The translations under genes were made by a program, and so were the position numbers. From positions 42,904,001 through 42,968,000 of the forward strand of contig NC_043005.1 of the NCBI RefSeq assembly GCF_006345805.1: a stretch of 64,000 nucleotides of DNA. Reading direction: 5' to 3'. The stretch comes from Octopus sinensis. Its lineage: Eukaryota. This document shows positions 53,150 through 64,000 of the stretch, in pieces. The notes beneath the pieces were generated by a model, which did no database searches, had not been told where the DNA came from, and saw only the letters and a list, made by a program, of their open reading frames with translations. Within the stretch, counting starts at the first letter, position 1, and each line of letters begins with the position of its first letter.

Positions 53150-53362
53150 TTTCAAATTTTAGCATAAGTCTAGCAGGTTCCGGGTGAGGGGCTAAGTGCA
53201 TTAAATCGACACCGGTTTTCAACAGGTGCTTGCTTTATCGATCCCGAAGGGGTGAAAAGTAAAGTCGACTCCGGCGGCATTTGAACACAGATGCAAAGAT
53301 GAACGAAATACTGCTAAGCATTTTTCCCAGCGTGCTGACGGTTTTGCTAACTCGCCGCCTTA
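53150..53362 (-). mobile_element. SINE family A, diverged
   Basis: Reverse head and body. Confidence 0.8.
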
Positions 53363-53574
53363 AAACGCCACTCAAATAGTAAGAACGCAGAAATGCCTTC
53401 AGAAAAATAATCGACAAATATCAAAGCACAGTTTGATGTTTCGTGCTGGAACAAACATATCCAACCCACTGAAACTGTTCACAAACGTTTTGCTATTTGT
53501 AGTTTTGAGATATCTTTTATTTATTATGGTTTTATATTCTGTTCTGCTAATACTAATTCTTAAAATCTTTTTGC

Positions 53575-54010
53575 CTTTTTCTTGTCTCAGTCATTAGACT
53601 GCAGCCATATTGGGGCGGTGCCTTGAAGAACTTTTATTGGAATGAATCGATCCCAGGATTTATATTTTTTTAAGCCTGGTACTAATTTTATCGGTTTCAT
53701 TTGCCAAACCGTTGCAGAGGCGTAAACACACAAACACCGGTAATGGAGAATAAAGAACCATCATACACACACACACACACACACACACACCGACACATAC
53801 CCACGCACGCACACACTTACATACACACACATATACACACGCATATATGTATACGACGAGCTTCTTTTAGTTTCCGTCCACCAAATCCACTCACGAGGCT
53901 TTGGTCGGACCGAGGATATAGCAGAAGACACTTGCCCAAGGTGCCACGTAGTGGGACAGAACATGGGTCCATGTGACTGGCAAGTAAAGTTCTTACCACA
54001 CAGCCACGCC
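53575..54010 (-). mobile_element. SINE family B, diverged
   Basis: Reverse complement of family B. Confidence 0.8.
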
Positions 54011-54109
54011 AGCGTCGATGATTATTGACAGTGATTTTACATCTAGAAGTTCGTTGAAAAAATGTGTAACTTGTGTGTATAGTCCTTCATGTTGACTGTA
54101 ATTAAGTTA

Positions 54110-54420
54110 TCTACTGAGATTCGTTAAGAACTAGCATACGAGTGTCCCAGTTGATCAACGGAACAGCCAGCTCGTAGAATTAACATGCAAGTTACTCGGC
54201 ATTCCACAGACACGCATACCCTTAATGCAAGTTCTCAGGAAGATGCAGCGTGACATAGAATGTGACAAGGCTGGCCCTTTGAAATACAGGTAATACAGGT
54301 ACATTTTTGCCAGCTGAGTGAACTGAAACAAACGTGAAATAAAGTGTCTTGCTCAAGGACACAATACGCCGCTCTGCATCGAACTCACGACCTTACGATT
54401 GTAAGCCGATTCGTACATAC
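54110..54420 (-). mobile_element. SINE family D
   Basis: Reverse of 9608-9912. Confidence 0.75.
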
Positions 54421-54437
54421 TTCACGAATATAAAAGA

Positions 54438-54822
54438 CTAGCAGTATCGCCCGGCGTTGCTCAGGTTTGTAAGGGAAATAACGATAAAGCATTTTTAGAG
54501 AGTTATAGCCAAAAAATAGCCAATAAATGGAAAAAATGATGGTAAATTTTTTTTGAGATTTAAAAAAGGTGGAGTTGCGTCCCCTAGACAGTTTGTGGTT
54601 TGTGTATCTGATTCTCGACCCCATGTCGAATTTATCGATTTTTTTCAGAACTGGGGGAACTTTTCAAAATTTTCGCTGCGTTAGTTTTGAATTATGACAT
54701 TGGGCTATGTGTGTGTGTCAAGTTTCATCAGAATCGGTTGAAAGCCGTGGTCAGGGTGAGGGTACAAGCAAACAGACACACAGAAACACGCACAGACAAA
54801 CTGCCGTTTATATAGAGAGAGA
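54438..54822 (-). mobile_element. Non-autonomous Helitron-like element (385 bp)
   Basis: A|TC..CTAG|T on the minus strand; close copy of 8860-9242. Confidence 0.85.
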
Positions 54823-55639
54823 TACTTTGATGATGTGAGCAAAATCTAGTCTGCAATCTAAGAATGATTTCCGTCTTTCTTGAACCAGTTTCGATGTTCA
54901 TTAAAGAAGGCTGTATAAATTGTACGACCTCCACAGGGAAAGTGCAATTAGTCAACTGTTTCCGCAGAAATTTAACTAAGTCCAATACTTAAGTGCCCCG
55001 TTCAAGTTTATGAATTGGCGGTCGTTATAGCATATGATAGACTACAACAACGTCCTTTTTACGTAACTCTCATCTCTGACTTCAAATGCTAACGAAGTAT
55101 GCTTTACCTTTTAAATTGTTGTAGGGCAAATAAAAGAATGTGTATTGGTGGATGTATTGACTCGGATTCCGTACGCTGTTTGTCCCGACTCTTTATATAA
55201 TGTCATAATCTGAATGAATGATACACATGGTCTGAGAACACGCGGCTCTCTGGATGCTTTTAGCGGTGTCCACTCCGTTGCAAAAGCAATTGAACCAGGT
55301 CACCACTATGAGAATACCTTCTCCCATCCTTACTTTCCCTTGGTCTTGTAGTTCCAGTAAAGAGTCGTAGATGCAGCTTGTCTCCTTGATTAGAAGATAA
55401 AAAGGGAAAATTCTGTTTAATGTACTTGAGCACCCATCATTCACATATATATTTTATTATCTATATGAAGGCTATGTCCATTTCTCTAGAAGCTTGTATC
55501 TACATTTGTCAAACCAGTAGTTGTTGAATTCTAGATTTGCCGTATTATAACATTCTAATGACTAAATTCACAGTTCTCCGTATTTTGACATTCTAATAAC
55601 TAAAGATATTGATGGTTTGCAGACATTACGTGAACAAAT

Positions 55640-56220
55640 TCCTGTCCTTTTCCAGGAATTTTTGTCCATACCAATATTCTTCAGAGTTTCCTTCAATTGG
55701 TCTTTGTAGCGTCACAGAGGGCCTCCCAGTGTTCATTTCTCCAAATAGGAACATATTTCGGAGCCTGTTTTCCCCCATGTGAGCCACGTATCCTGCTCAT
55801 CTGAGGCGGTGTTTGATGATAGTAGCTTCCATGATAATTTGTCCCGATCTCTTTAGTACGCCACTGTTTGTAACAGTCTTCCCATTCGATGCTCAAGGTA
55901 GACCTGAGTTTCTTTTGAGTTAGTCGTTCAAATTTTTACAAGTCATGGTGTACAAGGTGCACGTCTCACACCCATGCAGCAGGGTAGACACAACTATGGC
56001 ATTACACACAATCATTTTGGTTTGCATGGTAAGACTACTGCTCCCAAAGACCCCGACTGGAGAGCTTCCAAAAAGGGTGAGTGTGCTGCTTGGATCCTGT
56101 TTTCTATATACTTTGATGATGTACGTTGGACAGACAAGAGTCTACCAAGATAAGGGCAACGTTGAACACATTCATTGGAGGTTCTACTAATGGTAGATCA
56201 CAAAACCAGTTGGTGTTTGT
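55640..56220 (-). mobile_element. RTE-clade LINE ORF 3' fragment
   Basis: QTKMIVCNAIVVSTLLHGCETCTLY..KLRSTLSIEWED..HRLRxAGYVAHMGENRL..FGEMNTGRP..YKDQLKETLKNIGMD. Confidence 0.8.
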
Positions 56221-56663
56221 ACGATGATTGTGTATGTCGAGCCTTCGTATGTGTATGTGCGCGTATGTGTGTGTGTGTGCGTGTGTGTGTGTGTAATTTG
56301 TTCATGTCACGTACGCACACCAGCAAAACCTAATGTCTTCAGTTATTGGAATATTATAATACGGTAAAATGTTGTCACCTAGAATTCAACAAGTGCAGAA
56401 ACTACTAACATGTCAAATTTGGATACTGGCATAGAAATCAAGTGCCGTTTTGATGGAGGACTTTTTAATCTATCATGACTGCACTCCTAGTGTTACACCA
56501 GCACCAACGAAGTGAATGAAATGCAGTATACAGATAACAATACTGCTCCTTCCCTACTTACCTGAGGCCTTATAAACAATCTGTCAACAATTTTATATAC
56601 ATATATATATATATATTATATATATATATATATATATACATATACATGTATAGATATACATAT

Positions 56664-56705
<42 letters not shown>

Positions 56706-56739
56706 CATACATACACAAACACACACATATATATATATA

Positions 56740-57470
56740 CTTGCTGAATAACCCGGCGTTGCCATGGTTGCTGCTGTTCTTGTTGAGATTAGTAAACAAT
56801 TAAATATGAAAATACTTTTCTCATAATTATTTCAATATATCTATATTTTATTGAAAAATATCTAAATTGTAATGATAATAGAATTTAGAATTGAAAATCT
56901 ATCAATCTTGAAGCACCTCAGGGTAAACAATATTCAGGGTCTAACTTTTTGTTGGTGTCCAACTTGTGCTCAACCTGCATAGAGTTGGCCGTGAGAGAAG
57001 TATGTAGTAGAGAGAAGAAATCGAACTACTTTGAGGGATTCACCCTTAGATTTACTAATTTGAAATACCAAAGCTTAATCTGACTGGAGACTGAAGTGTC
57101 TTAAATTGTAGTCGAACATCTGTAGGTATGAGAGGTAATTTTGGAATAAAAATATTTTTTTGTTTGTGACTACATGTTATGATTGTTGCCTGTTTGACAT
57201 GGGGCTTCGTAGAATTGACAATTACGCAAGTTCCATTACATATGCGAGGTGGGTCAAGATACCTAAGCAACATAATGGGAGCATCCAGCTTTTGTGTCAA
57301 GCTATGCGGTGACATCCCAGTGGGTTTTAGTGTGCTCAGAAATTCAACAGGGTATTGAATAGCCAGATCTTCATCGACTGTCGCATGAATGGAAAAGTCA
57401 TTTCTGATATATTAGTTTGAGCCAGTATAGCTCTTTCACATAGTCAGTTTACATCGGTGTAATTAACAAT
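56740..57470 (-). mobile_element. Helitron 3' fragment with Pif1-like helicase C-terminus
   Basis: CERAILA..YPVEFLSTLKPTGMSPHSL..APIMLLRYLDPPRICNGT..IFIPKLPLIPTD..FSHGQLY..NIVYPEVL. The 3' end gcaacgccgggttattcagCAAG|T lies in (TA)n. Confidence 0.88.
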
Positions 57471-57844
57471 CACTCATACACTCACACACACATACACTCT
57501 CATATACACTAACTCACACATACATTCTCACACATACTCTCACATATACTCACATACATATAGTAAGACAGACACACACAGACATGCATTTACGTAACGA
57601 ACTTGTAAACACTCACAGACACATGAACACGTATATACAAAATATGTTGTGGTCGTGGTGGTGGTATATAATGTCCTTTACTATGTCGTACGTAACGAGT
57701 GCGCAAATTTATACACACTCACATATACATATACACTCATATACAAAATGTGTCGTCGTCATCGTGGTAAAAATGTTCTTTACTATGTCGTACGTAACGA
57801 ACGCGCAAACACCAAAAAACCTTTCACAAATCATCTCTTCGCAT

Positions 57845-58798
57845 AACAATAAGTTGTTAAATACAAATCCACTTAATGAAAATAATAACATTGATATTAT
57901 TAACACTAACCATTCTTTGAACAATAATAACAACAATATTAGTACTTCTGATATAAATACGAATCGCATTTGCTTCCTTAGTAGTAATTCTAAGACTAGA
58001 AACTATGTTTATCAATGTAAGATTATTTCAGTTTCTGATGTCTTTTTTTACATAGGTAGTTCTTCATCTCAATTGTCCAAAAGAATACCTGACCATTATT
58101 CTACATTTAGACTTATCAATAAACGCAACAATACTGGGCCTAATAAATTAATTTGGTCTCTTACGGAATATAATAAACAACTTTATTTAAAATGGAATAT
58201 TCTGTCTAGATCCTTTCCATATGATAAAGGTAAATCCTCTTCGCCGCTCTGTAATGAAGAACAGTATCTCATTCTGTTCTTGGACAATTCTCTTGTAAAC
58301 ACGTGTGAAGAACGCGTTTATCGTTGCAAACATTGGCAAAAACATACCTTTAGTGCCTATAAGTAATTTCTATAAATCTATAAAATTCGACTCTTATCTG
58401 TCTTCTGACATTTCATTTCCACAACATATATCTATTTACACGCCTTTAAGCTTTATTTCCACTCATCTATCGCACTATATTTCGCCACTCTTAATCTTCT
58501 GTTAATTTCTTTCGTTTTTTTTGTTTTCCTTCTCTTTCTCTAAATTGCTTTTGACGTTAAATATATTAACGGTTTTTTAAAACATAACTTGCCAGCGTTC
58601 CCTTCATCATATATACTCAGCAATCACATTCGGTTAAAATGGCTTATTGATGAGTTTTGTTTCTCTTTTTTCCCTGATGAGATAATTAGATTGTTTTACA
58701 TGATTTTATTCCCGCACGAATAATATCAATGTTTTCTTCGAAACATATGTCGGAAGTATAAAGATTTGAATAACACCCGCGTTTAACACCATTTCTTA

Positions 58799-58800
<2 letters not shown>
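57845..58800 (+). mobile_element. Penelope-like element 3' portion: GIY-YIG coding end and terminal repeat
   Basis: NYVYQCKIIS..FYIGSSSSQLSKRIPDHYSTF..LIWSL..LKWNIL..LCNEEQYLIL..RCKHWQKH, stop at 58366, pyrimidine-rich UTR, hammerhead motif. Confidence 0.85.
58668..58757 (+). ncRNA. Minimal type I hammerhead ribozyme motif (possibly inactive)
   Basis: tttcc-CTGATGA (58674-58680), insert, GAAA (58740-58743), palindromic acatatgt, GTC triplet (C58751), ggaag pairing with the upstream tttcc. The base of stem II is only 2 bp. Confidence 0.55.
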
Positions 58801-58852
<52 letters not shown>

Positions 58853-58854
58853 AT

Positions 58855-59230
58855 CTGATTGGTCAACAAGTTGATGACGTCTAGCTCTGCTAGAATGGAC
58901 AGGATACAAACAGGGGACAGTCATTAGTCAGAATATTGATGACGTCCTTTTCTGCTTGAATAGTCACCTAACAAGTACAGACAGGGGGCAGATCTAATGT
59001 AGCTATAAGTTGTGATTGGGCAGAATCTGGATGACGTCCCGCTATGCTTGACTAACGAAGCGACTGGTCAAGACAGGAAAGAAACAAGAGGGAGTTATAA
59101 TGCAGCGTTTGGTCAAAATAATGATGACGTCCCGTTCCACTTGATTAAAGCCACCTAACGAAACGATTGGTCAAAACATTGATGACGTCACGCTACGCTA
59201 GATTGACCACCTAACAGGCATTATAAAACC
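58855..59230 (+). promoter_or_regulatory. Array of five CCAAT-box plus CRE composite elements followed by a TATA box
   Basis: ATTGG-like / TGACGTC pairs at 58858/58875, 58923/58940, 59015/59032, 59108/59125 and 59166/59183, each separated by exactly 12 nt; TATAAAA at 59222-59228. Confidence 0.7.
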
Positions 59231-59703
59231 GAGCATTTCACAAAAACCCACTAGAACCACCCAGCGAACTTCCACCATGGGTCATCACAATTGCTTAAGG
59301 TAAAAATGAATTCCTCGCTCTTTCGGAAACATCAATCTTCTGTATTGACCGCTTTCCACCACTTTGATCTGTTTTTTGTATTGAATACGTATCGCCACCG
59401 TAGGCCACTACATCGAACACTTTGAACATATACTACAAACTATATATCAACTATACATGAACTATATATCAACTATACATGAACTCTAAGATGTCTGACT
59501 CCGTTGTGTATTATAAATGAATTTCTTGTGTTTGACGGCATGAGCTGTCTCTTTTTATATATAACTTTTTTTGATAAGGTTCATTTCAGGAACTGAAACA
59601 TGTTATAATGTATATAAAAATTAAAAATTGTATAATACAGCAGCATTTTCGAACTTCATTTTTTACAATATATATATATATATATATAATATATATATAT
59701 ATT

Positions 59704-60583
59704 CATGTGGTCTGATAAATAAGTATTTGGACTGTTGATATAGCAACGAAGCTAAAGCACGGAGAGTAAAGCCCTTTGGCACAGATTCACCTTGAACTCT
59801 GCTGTACATGCGCAATAAGTTGTAACGTTACAGTTCATTCCCCTCTGTCTACACCAGTGCGTGGGACCAACGTGTGTAGAGTGTGTTTGTTGCATTTGAC
59901 CATGACAGAAAAAGATGAGTTGAGAACCAGCACCAAATTTTTCAAAAAGCTTGGCGATACCTGCTCAGAGGCCTACGCAAAGTTTTCAAAAAGGTTTTCT
60001 TCGTTCTCAACACAATCAAGGAGATCATGTACAACTGAAACCCCTGTGTCCTTTTTGTCAGCTGAAAGCAGTTTTGGCACAAACTTGACAGATACACGTC
60101 TCATACCCAAATCTTCAATGATGATGGACTGAACTGAACCGTAACTAATCTGCACATCCTCTGATTACTCACGTATGATGATTCGACGATTTCCCCTCAC
60201 ATTTGCATGTGCATTTGCGATGTTTTTCGCAGTTCTGCTGGTTGCATGTCTCCCAGAACGTTCGTCAATATCGACATTTTTCGGCCATCTTGCAAACGTC
60301 TGAACCACTCGTACACTTGTGTGCGGCTCAGACACTCCTCTCCATACACTCTCTGTAACATTGCGTAGGCCTCTGAGCAGGTAGCTTACTCTGTCATGGT
60401 TCATGCGACGATCACACGTTAATCACGTTACTTCCAAGCACTGTTATAAACAGCGGAAGTGAGCCGGAACGTTAAAACTTGGTGCATATGCACAACAGAG
60501 GTCAAGGTCAATCCGTGCCAAGCGGCTTCACACTGCACGCTTTAGCTTCGTTACTATGACAACAGTCCGGATACTTATTGATA
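59704..60583 (-). mobile_element. Mariner-family fold-back deletion derivative
   Basis: TIRs gtggtctgataaataagtatttggactgttg / caacagtccggatacttattgat. Minus-strand transposase fragment ISYGSVQSIIIEDLGMRRVSVKFVPKLL. Both arms contain the start of the transposase ORF. Confidence 0.88.
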
Positions 60584-60632
60584 TACATACCAACATACAT
60601 ACACACACAACACACACACACACATACATATA

Positions 60633-60693
<61 letters not shown>

Positions 60694-60696
<3 letters not shown>

Positions 60697-61045
60697 CGTA
60701 GCTGCGTGGTAAGAGCCTCACTTTCCAAGTACATACTTTCGGGTTCTGTACCACTGCGTGGCACCTTGCGCAGGTGTTTTCTACTATAATCTCAGGCCGA
60801 CCAAAGTCTAATGATTAGATATGGTGGGCGAAAACGTAAAGAAGTAGATGGTATACATGTGTGTGTATGTGCGTGTGTGTGAGTGTTTCTGTGTTTACGT
60901 TCCCGTAACTTAACAGTTCGGCATAAGTAACCGATAGAATAAGTACCTGGTTTTAAAAAATATTAAGTAATAGGGTCGATTCATTTGACTAAAATTTTTT
61001 TAAGGCGGTGCCCCACCATGGCCGCAGCTTAATAACCGAAAAAAA
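60694..61045 (+). mobile_element. SINE family B, diverged
   Basis: ccactgcgtggcaccttg..ggccgaccaaag..ccgatagaataagtac..aaggcggtgcccc. Confidence 0.8.
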
Positions 61046-61149
61046 AAAGAAACATAGAAGTTAAAAAGATATATGAACTTCTCAGATTTGAACTTACAAT
61101 CTTCCTTGCAATCTTCCACAAGTGAACGGGAAAGGACATCTGAACTAGA

Positions 61150-61750
61150 AATCTGATTCAAGGTTTACTACGAAAATAACAAAAATATCCACACACTAGT
61201 ATATAATAACCAACAAAAGTATTATAAAAATGTTAGTGAAAGAAAATGCACTCTATAGAAAACTCCATCAATAACAAGATTTAGGCATAGAATATATAAG
61301 ATCAAAGCTAGTAACAGTATCTGTATGCCAAGTTCCAAAACATCACACACACACACATACACACGACAACTTCCTACAACTTAAAGTATATTTAATACAT
61401 AGCGGTAACGGCAAGTACATCTATGTTCAATATCAGCCGTCAGACGGTGGAGTAACAAGTACAAAGGGAGACAACGATTGCTCACGTCAAAATATTTCTT
61501 ATATTAGCGAAATATGTACGAATCTCAGTAGACAACTGAATTATATCTTCAAAGTGAGGAGCCAAACGCACTATTTACACATATACTCAACGAACTTCTA
61601 AATATAAAAACACCGTAAATAATCTTAAAATCCAGTGAAAAATCTATAGCAACGAGGTGTAGGAAGATTGTAGAAGCCATCTTGATTCAAAAAGTAAATT
61701 CTCTCCTTCATAGACTTGCAAAGGTCAGAATGTGACGACTGATTCTTTTA
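61150..61750 (+). mobile_element. Possible highly degenerate Penelope-like GIY-YIG relic
   Basis: SYISEICTNLSRQLN (compare YIGET.R.L..R) and RKIVEAILIQK in broken frames. Confidence 0.35.
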
Positions 61751-62440
61751 AGTAGAGATCCTCAGGCAAAACCGTTGGCATTCTTTCCTCATCTAGTATC
61801 TCAAACCAGACAGCGCTAGGCGTGACCGACAGCTCACGGTACGTTCTAAAGTGGAAAGCCGAAATTTATGATAAAATTTTGAATATTAATACTAAAACAT
61901 TTGAAGATGTTAGAAGTTTAGAAAATCACTGTACACAGCTCCGCGTCAATAGTAACTAAAAGATTGTATTTTCGAAATAGGGGGAGGAGAAAAATGTTTA
62001 AAATTGGAGATGGTCGAGTTTTCAGCATGACATCTTTCAAAGAACAATTGGTCTCTTTTAGTTCTTGTACTGACATAGAAATGCACGCATGTATATTCAG
62101 TATGAATAAACAATTTACTTTACAATATGTATTGAGTACTGTCTCTTTGTTTCATTTGCAAACTATAATATCTGTATATCTATGGATGTGTGTATGTATG
62201 CACACGCAAACACACACACACACACACACATATATACTAGTGTATTTGTGTATATATATATATATAATCATAATCTGGCAGTTGTAATCTATTGCACTTA
62301 CAATATATGCATATGTATGTCTACATGTATGTGTGTATGAGTGTACCATATATATACAAATGCATTCATATACCTACACATATACACATTTACATATATA
62401 TATTTTTTTATTTAACTGTGTATATATGTATATATATAAC

Positions 62441-62493
<53 letters not shown>

Positions 62494-62546
62494 AAACATG
62501 TATATGTGTGGTGTGTGTGTGTGAATAGATAGATAGATAAATAGAT

Positions 62547-62634
<88 letters not shown>

Positions 62635-64000
62635 GCACAAACATACATACATACATACATGCCCTTGCAGACGGAAAGAGAGACGAGAGAGAGAGAGAGA
62701 GACTCACAAAATAGAGAGACCAAGTATCTGGTGAAATGCAAAATCTCAAGTATATTTACTGGTTCCAATGTAATTGTGGAAGTCATACAAATAATTGCTG
62801 CCATGAATCAAGAAAAGTGGCTGGGTGATGGCAGATTTTAAATTCATTAATAAACCATATTAGTCATGTATAATATTTGTGTCAGCGCCTGTGTATGTGT
62901 GTGTGTGTTTTTGTGTCTGTGTTTGTATGTGTGCGTGCGTGTGTATATATGTGTGTGTGTGTGTTTGTGCGAAAACACCTCTGTATATAATTGTTTTGCA
63001 TTTAAACACGTTAAATTGAATATTTCATATTTAATACTTTTAATTCTTAATCATTTTGACTGTGATTGGATATCAGGTATGAAATTATCCTGGCTGTTGC
63101 TTTTAATCATTAGCTGTTCTCTGATCTTATCCTAAAAGATTGTATAAATTTCAATATTCACACTGATAATAACCAGCCTAGCGTTCTCTAATTGATACCC
63201 TAAATAATACACTTTACGTGTAGAAAAAAAAATCATTCTTATGGCTCAAATAATATCTTGCTAATCACTAATCGCTTTATTGAAGTAAAGTTCAAGACAT
63301 GCGTCGTTCAGTGATCAGCAATACAAGTTAAATTCTAGTTATATTTCTATTTTGACTTGACGCAATTATAATTGCCTCCTTGTCACCGTCCTTCTAACGT
63401 ACAAAAGACATTTTTTTTTAAATCAAAAATATTAAAAATACTTTTTGTCAATTAGAATTTAAATGGGTTGATGAGTAACTCTGTAACAGTTGAGACTACA
63501 TCAGTTATGTATCACCGAGACTTGTACGAACTGGAGTGTGAATAGTGCACCGGGCAGATTGTGACAATCGCGTTTTGAATCATTGGGTGAGTGATTGTTA
63601 TGACTTGGCGCATTTTAGAGCATTCAGTCAGTGTCAAACGGTCCATCGTGTTGAAAGTAATTCAGAGACTGACTTCAATTACTCGATATATCGACAATAG
63701 TTTGAAAGTCGACACAATAGTCTGAACCGGTCTTAAGAATCGTTGGGTCTAGAAATTTCGCTACGGCCCGATATTTTCTTTTATCTGCTTATTTTTTCCC
63801 TCGCCACTCTTGCCATGGCCAGTCATTATGAAAATATTTTTCTTCACTAGGTAAAGAGATTTTGTCATTTTAGTCTCGATTCATATCATCGGTTGTTTTT
63901 CATTAACTATATGTGACGATTCTCAAATGTTTCCTCAATATTTGATCTCCTCATGAATAGTGTTGGTTCCGCATTCGACTCCAGCTGAAAGGTAAGTTAA

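Noticed and set aside
57584-57845. N-terminal half of the 260-aa ORF as part of a real protein
   Set aside because: It is a (CA)-rich tandem duplication fortuitously in frame with the Penelope-like GIY-YIG fragment.
58855-59215. Repeat-spacer pattern (also 27564-28260) as a CRISPR array
   Set aside because: Eukaryotic context, degenerate repeats, spacers homologous to each other or identical, and no cas genes.

Overview
AT-rich, repeat-saturated eukaryotic DNA. The microsatellite load and SINE families suggest a cephalopod such as Octopus (inference, not confirmed by search). I cannot support any intact, nameable protein-coding gene, and most ORFs in the supplied track are microsatellite translations. 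Identified content: (i) four tRNA-derived SINE families in many copies; (ii) a roughly 4 kb degenerate R4/Dong-type LINE (RT, CCHC finger, restriction-like endonuclease) embedded in (TACA)n, plus related fragments in (TACA)n and (TAA)n; (iii) Penelope-like GIY-YIG remnants, one ending in a minimal hammerhead motif; (iv) a Chapaev3-like DNA transposon, mariner fold-back derivatives, hAT MITEs with 8-bp TSDs, Helitron pieces, and Gypsy, CR1 and RTE relics. The most unusual unexplained structure is at 58.86-59.30 kb: five ATTGG-N12-TGACGTC modules with invariant spacing, then a TATA box, a Kozak ATG and a possible splice donor, directly behind the Penelope-like hammerhead. Also notable are several long inverted repeats, fixed-junction SINE concatemers and a candidate two-exon (pseudo)gene at 3.0-3.5 kb. 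All alignments were done by eye and family names come from recalled motifs, so boundaries are approximate unless a TSD, TIR or splice site is quoted.
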